A DNA stretch of 64,000 bases. Source: an uncultured Desulfarculus sp. (GTDB taxonomy: Bacteria; Desulfobacterota; Desulfarculia; Desulfarculales; Desulfarculaceae). Positions 20,423-29,663 of this stretch are shown here, in pieces. The stretch spans positions 2,880,001 through 2,944,000 of the forward strand of contig CAXXUK010000001.1 in NCBI GenBank assembly GCA_963665125.2, given 5' to 3'. The position numbers and the translations under genes were made by a program. Each line of letters opens with the position of its first letter. The stretch's first letter is position 1. The notes under the pieces are model-generated. The model ran no database searches. It was not told the DNA's origin and saw only the letters and a list, made by a program, of their open reading frames with translations.

Positions 20423-20456
20423 GGGGCTGGGTCGAAAGGCCCGGCCTGTTTTTTGT
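20423..20456 (+). terminator. Intrinsic terminator
   Basis: GGCTGGGTC-GAAA-GGCCCGGCC followed by TGTTTTTTG. Confidence 0.7.
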
Positions 20457-20683
20457 TTCTGCGGCACTTGGCTAATAAAGGCCGGCAAGCCTTTTAATGC
20501 GACTTACTCCAGGCCCAAATGACGAGACCTATACACACCATCATAAAGCTCCAATTAAAATTCTTTACAGTTAAATGCCTGCGTGTTAAAAGCACAAAAG
20601 TACTATTCGATTAATACGTATATTGCTTTAAGATTTACACTATGTGTATATTTTTATATTGCGTTGTCTAAGAGGGGGTAAAG

Positions 20684-21652
20684 ATGGACGCACAGTCAAG
20701 ATATCTAGATATTGAAGCATCCACTCTCAATGTTGATATTCAAAATCTAAAGCACTGCCAACTTGATTACACGCAGTTTTCCACAAAATTATTTACGCTG
20801 ACTCTGGCCGCCATCGGCGCCGTGCTATTGGCTTTGCCCGCAATCCTTGAAAGAAACCAAATATTTGATTTATCAGGTACAATTATCATTTTCATTGCTG
20901 CATTAATTTGCTTTTCACTTTCAGCAATTTTGGTTTACTCGTTGCCAATCTTCGCTTGGATCATTATTCATAAATGCCGCTCAATCTTTAGAATGATTAG
21001 TTATCTTAGGATATTGGAATGGATAAAAAAGGACGAACACAATAGAATAAAGTTTTGGCAGGGATACGAAATCTCTTACAGAAGCATACGCCAACATTCA
21101 TGGCTTAAGGCAAGAACGCTAGAATCGGGTGGTTCCAGCGATGATTATGAATTTTGGCGAAAAAAAATGCATATAAAATTCAAAGACGACAACGCCAAAG
21201 AGCCAAACGAAGCCTTAAAAAAGATAAACACTGAAGTTAACGATGCCGGTGTATGGAAAGAAGAAAATAGAGAAGAATCTTTTTATATAGGTAATTATTA
21301 TGAAAAATTAATTGGGTATATCAGCAGGCTTATGTTCATTGCCTTGGCTATGGATTTTGCCGTATTGACACTTACAGTTATTTACGCAATCGCATTTTAT
21401 TATTTCAATTATTGTTGTTTTGGTATTAAGCCGAATCACCCACTAACCTGTATTTTTGTCATAGGTATAAATATCATCGTAATGGCTTTTGCGTTTTATA
21501 TACTCTGCAAGCGTTACTATCAAAAATCAAAGCAAAACGATCGATATATTCTCGAGCTAAACATGCTGCCGTTTTCCCAGGAAGCCCAGTTTTTCATGTG
21601 GTGCTGGGCCCTAAATATCAACCCTCGGGAAATTGATCCGGACTGTATTTAG
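20684..21652 (+). CDS. AT-rich hypothetical membrane protein (about 4 TM)
   Basis: 322-aa ORF with SD, two pairs of hydrophobic helices, composition much more AT-rich than its neighbours. Confidence 0.75.
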   Translation: MDAQSRYLDIEASTLNVDIQNLKHCQLDYTQFSTKLFTLTLAAIGAVLLALPAILERNQIFDLSGTIIIFIAALICFSLSAILVYSLPIFAWIIIHKCRSIFRMISYLRILEWIKKDEHNRIKFWQGYEISYRSIRQHSWLKARTLESGGSSDDYEFWRKKMHIKFKDDNAKEPNEALKKINTEVNDAGVWKEENREESFYIGNYYEKLIGYISRLMFIALAMDFAVLTLTVIYAIAFYYFNYCCFGIKPNHPLTCIFVIGINIIVMAFAFYILCKRYYQKSKQNDRYILELNMLPFSQEAQFFMWCWALNINPREIDPDCI

Positions 21653-21724
21653 CTTATTGATCAACCCAAACACGCCCAGAGGAAACGGGCTCTTTGATAG
21701 AGCATACGGCACACCCGCTCAGGT

Positions 21725-23947
21725 CTATTTGGTCGTCTTGGTTTCCACCCCGTCCCAGTCTTCCGGCGGCGGGGCTTGATCGTAGGCCCGGCAGCGGTCG
21801 GCGAGCAAGCGGCAGGCCGCGTCGGCCTGACCGGAACGGTCGATGCTTTCCAGGACTTCCAGCGCTTCCTGGAATTGCCGCTGCTGATACATGTCAAAGG
21901 CGCCGGCGTATTGATCCAAGTATTGCGGGATGTCTTCCCCGGCCCCGGCAACCAGTTCATATATGGCCACGGGTTCCTTTTTGCCCTTAACCCTGATCAG
22001 ATCCAGGACCCGGAAGCGGAACTCGTCGCCGCACATTTCGCGGGTGGACATGCTCACGACTATTTCAACGCCGTACTCCCTGGTCTGGCCCTCCAGGCGC
22101 GAGGCAAGGTTCACGTTGTCGCCGATGACGGTGTAATCGAAGCGAAGTCTGGAGCCCATGTTGCCCACCACCATGGGCCCGCTGTTGACACCCACGCCCA
22201 CTGTAAGGTTGCGGCCCTGGGCCTGGGGCAGGTCGCGGTTGAGCCGGGCCACCCTGGCCACCATGGCCAAGGCCGCGCGGCAGGCCCGCCGGGCGTGGTC
22301 GGGCTGGTCCACCGGCGCGCCGAACACGGCCATGACGCTGTCGCCGATGTACTTGTCCACCAGGCCGCCGTTTTCCAGAATCACCTCGGTCATGGCGTCT
22401 GTAAAGGCGTTTAAAAGACTGGCCAGGTCCACCGGATCCATGCCCTCGGCCAGGCTGGTGAATCCCCGGATATCCACGAACAAGACGCTGAGTTCCTTGC
22501 GCTCGCCGCCCAACTTGAGCTGATCCGGGTTGTCCATGATCTGCTCTATGACCGCCGGGCTCAGATAATGCTGGAAGGTCTTGCGGACCTGGCGTTTTTC
22601 CCTGGCCTCCACCAGATAGCGGTAGGCCGTCACGGCCACGGCGGTCAGGAATAGCGCCCCCAGGGGGAAGATGAGGTTGACCAGATATCCGGCCACGAAA
22701 AGCCGGTATCCGCCGTAGAGCGCGCCGAACCACAAAAGGGTGGTCAGGCCGGCCGCCAACCAGGCCCTGCTCAGGCTCATCAGCCAGGCGCCCAGCAGGC
22801 ACAGGGCCAGCATGGCCCCCAGGTCCCAGAAGGTCATCAGCGGCGTGCGCACCAGAAAACCGCCGCTGAGGATATTGTCCATGGTCTGGGCGTGGATCAT
22901 GGCCCCGGGAAGCTGGCGGTTGAACGGCGTGGGCAGCCGGTCGTGCACGCCCATGGCCGATACGTTTATCAATACCGCCATGTCCTTGAAGGAATGGGGC
23001 AGCTTGCGGTGTTCCAGGATATCGGTGGCCTCCACATCGGGCATGGCCGCCGAGCCGCCCAAATACCTGACGCGCAGCATGCCTTCCTGGTCCACCGGTA
23101 TGGTTCTGTCGCCCAGCCGGATTTCATCCAGGCCGTGCTCGGCCACATAGAGCCGGGGCAGTTCAAGATCCATCAGCCGGGCCAGCATGGCCAGGGAAAG
23201 CGATGGGTAGAACTGATCGCCGCACCGGGCGGCCAGGGCCAGCCTGCGCACCGAGCCGTCCACGTCGGGCCGCACGTTGTAGTAGCCCGCGAAGTTGTTG
23301 ACCTCCTCCAGGACCTGCTGGTTGTTTTCCGGCACGTAACAGGAAAACACCGGCGCGCTGTCCATGGCCTTTTCATTTTGATAGGCCACCTGCTTGAAGG
23401 CGTATTTGCCGATGCGGGCGCGCCGTTGGGCCACTTCCTCGTCGCTCAAATAGGCTACGTCGCTTTTATCGGTGTGAAAGAAAAAGCCCAGGACCACGTC
23501 GCCGGGCGGCTGGGCCATGGCCTGGGCCAAGACCAGGTCCGGGTGGTTTTCCAAAAGAATTTTTTCCAGGTCGATGGGCTTGCCCTGGGCCGCGTCCTGG
23601 GCCATCTGCACCACGGCCTCAAGGGGAATGGCCTGTTCGGGCTCGAAAAAGCCCATGTCCAGGCCGATGCACTTGGCCCCCTGATCTTTGATCTCGGAGA
23701 GTAGCGCGGCCATCTTGCGGCGGGACCAGGGCCAGCGCCCCTGTTCGTCCAGGCTGCGCTCGCCGATGGACACCACCACCACCTTGCCGCTTTGGGCCTT
23801 GACCGGCCCCCTGTACAGGAAAAGGGCGTCTTCCACCTTGAGCTGCATCAGCTCCAGAAACGGCAGCCCGGCCATATAGACCGCCCCGGCCAGAATAAAG
23901 ACCGCCAGGCCCATGGCCAGGGGTATGAAAAAGCGGTTGTGGATAAT
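21725..23947 (-). CDS. CHASE2-domain class III adenylate cyclase (start 23947 ATT or 23914 ATG)
   Basis: GRWPWSR and D.DG.VRR CHASE2 motifs, 3 TM, FVDIRGFT, DKYIGD, DYTVIGDNVNLASRLE, C-terminal PPEDWDG. Confidence 0.93.
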   Translation of the reverse strand: MIHNRFFIPLAMGLAVFILAGAVYMAGLPFLELMQLKVEDALFLYRGPVKAQSGKVVVVSIGERSLDEQGRWPWSRRKMAALLSEIKDQGAKCIGLDMGFFEPEQAIPLEAVVQMAQDAAQGKPIDLEKILLENHPDLVLAQAMAQPPGDVVLGFFFHTDKSDVAYLSDEEVAQRRARIGKYAFKQVAYQNEKAMDSAPVFSCYVPENNQQVLEEVNNFAGYYNVRPDVDGSVRRLALAARCGDQFYPSLSLAMLARLMDLELPRLYVAEHGLDEIRLGDRTIPVDQEGMLRVRYLGGSAAMPDVEATDILEHRKLPHSFKDMAVLINVSAMGVHDRLPTPFNRQLPGAMIHAQTMDNILSGGFLVRTPLMTFWDLGAMLALCLLGAWLMSLSRAWLAAGLTTLLWFGALYGGYRLFVAGYLVNLIFPLGALFLTAVAVTAYRYLVEAREKRQVRKTFQHYLSPAVIEQIMDNPDQLKLGGERKELSVLFVDIRGFTSLAEGMDPVDLASLLNAFTDAMTEVILENGGLVDKYIGDSVMAVFGAPVDQPDHARRACRAALAMVARVARLNRDLPQAQGRNLTVGVGVNSGPMVVGNMGSRLRFDYTVIGDNVNLASRLEGQTREYGVEIVVSMSTREMCGDEFRFRVLDLIRVKGKKEPVAIYELVAGAGEDIPQYLDQYAGAFDMYQQRQFQEALEVLESIDRSGQADAACRLLADRCRAYDQAPPPEDWDGVETKTTK

Positions 23948-24025
23948 GGCCGAGCCTCCCCTAAAAGGCCGGAGCCGGGCTGAGATGAGCCCGGCCCGCG
24001 TTATAAAAACCGATTTGACAATTGC

Positions 24026-27000
24026 TTACTTTGACATCTTCACATATCCGGTGGCGGACCATCGGTCGTCCAAAGAGCTCTTGACGGCCCAGACACCGGC
24101 CATGTGATCTCCGTTGGTTCCGTAAAATGCCCCGTTGATCCTTGACTCATTTATGGTTTTTGATGTTCCGCCCCTACTGATGGATTTGGTACCGCAAAAA
24201 GTATCTATGGACCATTCATTACCGCCGGTTATATTTCCGCTGGCGCAATTTATGTTGACCGACCTCTCCGACGCCCCAGACTGGCCGTTGCTGACGTCGA
24301 GGGTGAAATCGCTGATAGCGCCACTGCTGAAAATTACCTTGCATCCCACGGAACCACTCACTTCATTGCCATCGGCGAACATGCCTTTGGCGGAACCGGA
24401 AAAGGTATATTGGGTGCTGCCGCTGGGCATGGTGGAGGTCTTGGTGCCGGTTACGTAATATCCCTTTGTCGGGAAGTCGTAGCTGTTACTGGTTACAGCC
24501 TCGGTAAAGTTCAATGTATCCGACTGCCAGTAGCCCCAGCTCAGAATTTCGGTTCCACACTCGCTTTCCGAACCGTCCTTATGAATGGTGATGTCATAGG
24601 CCGGGCTACCCAAATCAGTGAGGTTGTTTATCTGTACGTTTTTCAGGTAGTCAAACCCACCGGCTGCATTCAGCCCCCCGGCGCTTCCGACACGATAGGC
24701 TATGACATCGGCTCCACTGCCGAAATTCTGGGCCGTATTGCTGGCGAAAAGGGCCCTGGCGGCGGAGTCGTCCAGCGCCATGGTGGTAAAAAAGCCATAG
24801 CCGGTGAGGGTGCCGCCCGCGCCGCCTTTGTCCACTGCGTAGATTCCGGCGGCCGCATCCGCGCCGCCGTTGAAGTCGGCCTGCCATTCGCCGCCCAGAT
24901 AGTCGTTGTTGCTGCCGTACACCGCGCCGTTGATATCATAATCGTCGGCCACCGCTGGCGCGACCGCGCCCTTGGTCAGTTCCACCGACGCGCCGCTGAT
25001 GTTGAATGTATAGGGAGAAGAACCGGAAATGATTCCCGTGCCGCCGCTGGCCGTAATCAGAATCAGGTCGGCTCCGATCTTGCCGTTACTGACGTTAAAA
25101 CCGAAATCCGTGATCGCCTTAGTGGAAAAATTAACCTGGCAACTGCCGGTTCCAGATAGCAGATCGCCGTTGCTGAAGCTGCCGTAGGCCACGCCGTTAA
25201 AGGTGTAGATATTACTGGTCAGGATGCCGGTCGACGGTGTTCCGGTGATGTAGTGGCCGTATTCGCTCATGGTGTAGTCGGTGGCGCCCACGCTGAATGT
25301 GTCATCGGTGGTGGACCACTTGCCCCATTCCAACACCGTGCTTCCCGACTCGCTCTTGCTGCCCAGGCTGTGGGTGGATATAGCGTGCCGCGCGGCGCTG
25401 ACGTCGCTGTCCACGCCGCCTATCTTGAGGGTGACGATGCGGTTGAAGCCCGGTTGGATCTCCATGTAGTTGGCGGTGGGGTCGTTGTGGTCCCTGGCGG
25501 TGGCCTCGCTGCTGAAGTTCTGGAGAGCGGTTGTGGAACCGCCGCCGACGATGGAGCCCATGGCCCTGTAGGCGGGCGCGCCGCCGGAGTTCATCACCAG
25601 GCGGGTGAAATAGCCCTTGCCGGTGAGCTTGGTGGAATATTCGCCCTGCTTGGTCGTGGCAAAGTAACCGCTGGCCGCATGGGAGCCGCTGGTGCCGTAT
25701 TGGGCCGACCAGACTCCGCCCGCCGCGCCGCCGCCGTTTCCGAAAAACGCCCCGTTAAGGCTGGATTCACTTATGTTCTTGCTGGTTCCACCCGCGGTGA
25801 TTGTTCCGTCGGACCAGGCAGTGACCTTGAAAGTGTCGCTGGTGATGGTCCCCGTGCCGCCTTTCAACACCACGGAGTTGTTGCCGCCGTCGTTTACGTT
25901 GAGATAAAAGTCGGTAACCGCCGAGGTGCCGAAGTTGAATGCGCCGTACACCGAGCCCGAAAGGTCGGCCCCGTTGGCCATGATGCCCCCGGCCGTGCCG
26001 GTGTATTGATACATGCTGGTGGCGGGCAGGTTGCTGGCGTCGTATCCCTGGACCCAATATCCCTTGAGGATGGTCAGACGCCCCGAACTGGTATCGACGG
26101 TCGTGGTGGCCGCGGTCCACGAACCCCAATTCATGTTTGAGTTGCTGCCGATCTGGGTGATGGAAATATCATAGTCCGGCGAGCCCATGGTGGTCTCGTT
26201 GCCGCCGAGAATGCAGCGGGTCAAATAGGCAAACCCTTCGGATGCGTACAAGCCGCTGCCATCGGCCACGGTTTCTCCGTTGCCAAAGTTCTGTTTGCCG
26301 GTGCTGGCGAAAAGGCCCTTGACACTGGTGCCGCTGACCATCATGCCGCTGAAATAGCCTTTTCTGGTCAGCTTGGCCACCGGAGTGGGCGTGGCTGTGG
26401 GTGTTGCCGTGGGCGTGGCTGTGGGTGTTGCCGTGGGCGTGGCTGTCGGCGTGGCCGTTGGTGTTGCCGTGGGCGTGGCCGTTGGTGTTGCCGTGGGCGT
26501 GGCTGTCGGCGTCGCCGTGGGCGTGGCCGTTGGTGTTGCCGTGGGCGTGGCCGTGGGCGTGGCCGTGGGCGTGGCCGTGGGCGTCGGGGTGGGAGTGGGC
26601 GTCGGCTCATCCTCATTGACGATCGTAAGGGTGGTCAACGTCTGGGCCGCGTCACCGGCACCTTGCTCACCCCCAACAGATCCCCCCGTGCCGCCGGAAC
26701 CGGAACCGCTGCCACTGCCGCTGCCGGAACCGCCGCCGCCGCCACCGCTGCCGCCGCCGCCGTCGTCATCGCCTCCATCATCATCGCCGCCGCCGGAACC
26801 GGAACCGCTGCCACTACCGCTACCGCTACCGGAACCGGCGCTGCCGCCGGATCCGCCGCCGCCCAGGGCCATGGAGGCCCACTGTTGGACCACTCCGGCG
26901 GGCATGGGCTGTGTAAAAACGCCCCCCAAGGGGCCGAGGGTCGCCATCTGGCCCGCCGGCACACTGACAATCTGCCCCGTGGCGAGACTTGTTACAGACA

Positions 27001-27682
27001 ACGAACCAAAAAAACTATAGAAAAGGGTTGTAGAGCCCGTTCCGCCGCCCAATTGGGCCAAACTGGGGACCCCGCCCGATGCGTCGGCCACCAAAACCGG
27101 ACGTCCCATGGCCTTGCCGGTGTTTTCCTCGACAACCTCCACGCCGAACAGGGTGCCGCGCACGCCGGCCAGGGCGTTGGGGGTCTCCACGGTGAGAGTC
27201 GTCTTTTTATATTTGAGCAGGGGCAGGACATAGAAAAGCGCCTTGCCCTTCATCAGCTGGGTGGTGGTCTTTTTTTCCTTGGTCAGGGGATCATCAAGGT
27301 AGTCCTTGATAACGAAATGGGCATCAGGCCCCAAGGCCACCAAATCCTTGCTGGTGAACTTAAGCACCAGACGCGAGTTCTTGAGGGTGTAAAAGGTGTC
27401 CTGCTGGTAGACGTCGTCGCCCCCGGCCGTGAAATATGCCTGTTTGGTCGCGGTGTGCAGGGCCACCGCCTCCCCCGTTTGCTTGTGAACAACGGCCGCC
27501 GGTTTGCCTGAAAGGGGAATAAAACTCCTTTGCACATCAACGCCCGCAAGGGCGGCGGGCATAGCCGATGTGGTGACGGCCTTGCCCCTAACGGGCTGAT
27601 CTTGTGCCGCAGCCGGTACCGCCAAGGCGGCCAGCAGCCACAGCGCACCCAGCAAAGAAATGGTTTTTTTACGTTCAAACAT
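24026..27682 (-). CDS. Secreted FecR-domain protein with Gly/Ser and (PTAT)n linker and three TbpB-like beta-barrel modules
   Basis: Signal peptide ending AAA-Q; FecR motif VETPNALAGVRGTLF; three repeats carrying GYF, QNF, WG.W, NGA[FV][YF]G and [GA]G.W. Confidence 0.8.
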   Translation of the reverse strand: MFERKKTISLLGALWLLAALAVPAAAQDQPVRGKAVTTSAMPAALAGVDVQRSFIPLSGKPAAVVHKQTGEAVALHTATKQAYFTAGGDDVYQQDTFYTLKNSRLVLKFTSKDLVALGPDAHFVIKDYLDDPLTKEKKTTTQLMKGKALFYVLPLLKYKKTTLTVETPNALAGVRGTLFGVEVVEENTGKAMGRPVLVADASGGVPSLAQLGGGTGSTTLFYSFFGSLSVTSLATGQIVSVPAGQMATLGPLGGVFTQPMPAGVVQQWASMALGGGGSGGSAGSGSGSGSGSGSGSGGGDDDGGDDDGGGGSGGGGGGSGSGSGSGSGSGGTGGSVGGEQGAGDAAQTLTTLTIVNEDEPTPTPTPTPTATPTATPTATPTATPTATPTATPTATPTATPTATPTATPTATPTATPTATPTATPTATPTATPTPVAKLTRKGYFSGMMVSGTSVKGLFASTGKQNFGNGETVADGSGLYASEGFAYLTRCILGGNETTMGSPDYDISITQIGSNSNMNWGSWTAATTTVDTSSGRLTILKGYWVQGYDASNLPATSMYQYTGTAGGIMANGADLSGSVYGAFNFGTSAVTDFYLNVNDGGNNSVVLKGGTGTITSDTFKVTAWSDGTITAGGTSKNISESSLNGAFFGNGGGAAGGVWSAQYGTSGSHAASGYFATTKQGEYSTKLTGKGYFTRLVMNSGGAPAYRAMGSIVGGGSTTALQNFSSEATARDHNDPTANYMEIQPGFNRIVTLKIGGVDSDVSAARHAISTHSLGSKSESGSTVLEWGKWSTTDDTFSVGATDYTMSEYGHYITGTPSTGILTSNIYTFNGVAYGSFSNGDLLSGTGSCQVNFSTKAITDFGFNVSNGKIGADLILITASGGTGIISGSSPYTFNISGASVELTKGAVAPAVADDYDINGAVYGSNNDYLGGEWQADFNGGADAAAGIYAVDKGGAGGTLTGYGFFTTMALDDSAARALFASNTAQNFGSGADVIAYRVGSAGGLNAAGGFDYLKNVQINNLTDLGSPAYDITIHKDGSESECGTEILSWGYWQSDTLNFTEAVTSNSYDFPTKGYYVTGTKTSTMPSGSTQYTFSGSAKGMFADGNEVSGSVGCKVIFSSGAISDFTLDVSNGQSGASERSVNINCASGNITGGNEWSIDTFCGTKSISRGGTSKTINESRINGAFYGTNGDHMAGVWAVKSSLDDRWSATGYVKMSK
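26381..26605 (-). repeat. Coding 12-bp tandem repeat, about 16 PTAT units
   Basis: Degenerate GTGGGCGTGGCC units on the + strand, in frame within the FecR protein. Confidence 0.95.
26690..26862 (-). repeat. Gly/Ser/Asp low-complexity coding repeat
   Basis: GSGSGS, GGG and DDD tracts; CCG/CTG triplet runs. Confidence 0.9.
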
Positions 27683-27727
27683 GTTTCCCTCCCCAAGGGC
27701 GGATAACACATGGCAACAATTCAGAGT

Positions 27728-29149
27728 CTAGAAGCTATAGCCTACACCCACCGAAAAGGTTGTCCGGTCGGTGGTCTGAATCTCAATATTGGACCGTACA
27801 TCCACGTAATCGAAATTGAAGGACACGGAAAAGTTATCAGTAAAGTGGTGGCTGAGCACGGCGGTATAGGAATATCTGCGGTCTGAACGCGGGTAGCCGA
27901 AGAGCAGTTCCGGATCCTGGTAGTCCCTCAAGTTGTAATGATAGCGCAGGTACAGTTCGCTATCCCAGGGCAAAACAGCGCGGTAGCCTATGGCCGCGTA
28001 GGGTCCGTCGTAGGTGAAGCGGCCGTCTTGGGAGCGGTGATCCTCGTAGCCAGCCGTCAAGAAGATGACATGGTCACCCTCAGCCAGATAAACGCTGGCC
28101 GTGACGTCGGCCCGCTGGTTGTGGTTGTCCAAGGCCGAACTCTCCCGGGCGAAAAAATTCTCCCGGCTGAAGGAATAGAGCCCCTGCACACTGAAATATT
28201 TATTTGGGCGGTAATAGATATTGGGGTCCACATGCAGGGTTTGAGAGAGGCGATCGTTGCCGTAACCCCGCCAAGTGTAACCAACCGGCAACCTGCCCAC
28301 AACGGTGTCGCCCATCCACCAAGGGCCGGTCTGCAGGTCGAAAACCATGTAGTTGAACTCCGACTTGTCGATGTAGTTCTTGTCATAGGCGCTCAGTTCG
28401 GTGTTCCACATCAGTCCCTTGGGCTGGCCCAGGTCGTAGAGCATGCTGCCCGTAAAGCTGGCCAAAACGCCCTGGCCGCTTTGGCGGGCCGTTTCAGAGC
28501 CCGGACGCAGGCTACCGCCAGGCACGGAGTATTCCCGGTCTTCCGGGCCAAAGCTTATGTTGTCGTCCCACAAATAACCCAGCCATGCCCTAAAGCTGTA
28601 GTAGGCACGGCGGTCGCGATGCTCCAGTTCGGCCAACATTCTCTGGATGTTGTCGCGCACCGTATCCGGCGGGCCCACTTCCAGCACCCGTTTGGCCTCC
28701 TTTTTAGCCTCGTCATAGCGTTTCTGGGCCATCAGCGCGGCCGACAATTCCAGACGAACCCTGTGCAGGTCGGGATTTATTTCCAGGGCCTTTTCGTAGT
28801 AGCGCACCGCCAGGTCGGCGTTGCCCAGCCGCATGGCGCAGGTGCCCATCCAGAACATAAGGTCGGTGGTCTGCACTTCTTTGGAGATTTCCTGGAACAG
28901 GGGCAGGGCCTCGGCGTATTGACGGTCGTAATACAAGGTCAGAGCCTCGGCCAGCCGGTTGTCCAACTCGGCCAATTGCTCGGGGCTCATGCTGTCGAGC
29001 TTTGCCTGCATTTCCTTGGTGAGTTTTACCTGGCTGCCGACTGCCGGGGCGCCGGCGTCCATGCTGTCCTGGGCGGCTGCCGGAACCGCCAAACTCAACA
29101 ACATCAGCGCCATGGCGCAAATAATGGTTTTCACCAAAACTGATTTCAC
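27728..29149 (-). CDS. TPR plus outer-membrane beta-barrel protein, Slam/DUF560-like
   Basis: Signal peptide, TPRs with P.L.RVRLEL and PP..V..NI, WDDNI, amphipathic beta-strands, terminal aromatic YSF; GTG start with GGAGG. Confidence 0.8.
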   Translation of the reverse strand: MKSVLVKTIICAMALMLLSLAVPAAAQDSMDAGAPAVGSQVKLTKEMQAKLDSMSPEQLAELDNRLAEALTLYYDRQYAEALPLFQEISKEVQTTDLMFWMGTCAMRLGNADLAVRYYEKALEINPDLHRVRLELSAALMAQKRYDEAKKEAKRVLEVGPPDTVRDNIQRMLAELEHRDRRAYYSFRAWLGYLWDDNISFGPEDREYSVPGGSLRPGSETARQSGQGVLASFTGSMLYDLGQPKGLMWNTELSAYDKNYIDKSEFNYMVFDLQTGPWWMGDTVVGRLPVGYTWRGYGNDRLSQTLHVDPNIYYRPNKYFSVQGLYSFSRENFFARESSALDNHNQRADVTASVYLAEGDHVIFLTAGYEDHRSQDGRFTYDGPYAAIGYRAVLPWDSELYLRYHYNLRDYQDPELLFGYPRSDRRYSYTAVLSHHFTDNFSVSFNFDYVDVRSNIEIQTTDRTTFSVGVGYSF

Positions 29150-29663
29150 ACCCTGGCCTCCGGTCGTCACCGCCGAGGAAATGCCGGAATTAGACATATT
29201 CCCTATCACCATGATATTTTTTTGCTTCGCATTGATGGTGTGCGTGGATAGGAACAATCCGAAGCAACACTAGCGCCGATCCCAAACGCTAATTATCCTG
29301 CCATGTTCCGTGTCACATGGCAAGCCGCTGATGAAGGAAAAAACGTTCCATTCGCTGGACAAGGCACAAAACCAAGGGCGATTTGGCTTTTTTAACGAAC
29401 CGCCGTGCGACTGGTGCGAAGAATGTTAGCGAGTATACAGCCAGGGCAAAGGACCGGTCAGCGTGGTTCCATCATCTGACGACGTACAATTATTCAACAT
29501 AATTTCAACCTGTTGGGGTGAAAAATACTACTCACTCCATTCCATAGCCCACATTGAAACAGGCCGGACGCTACGCCAAAACAAGCCATGCAAACGGTTG
29601 AGCGGCCTGTTTTTCCACTAAAAATAAAAACCGGTTGGGAGGAAGTAATTTGGGGGGGCCGGT

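Noticed and set aside
26373..27020. Plus-strand (VGVA)n ORF and CRISPR-like periodicity
   Set aside because: It is the antisense shadow of the PTAT repeat; 12-bp units have no spacers and no cas genes are present
29556..29612. Inverted repeat AAACAGGCCG...CGGCCTGTTT as a MITE
   Set aside because: Single short copy with no target duplication; more likely a terminator-like structure after tetR
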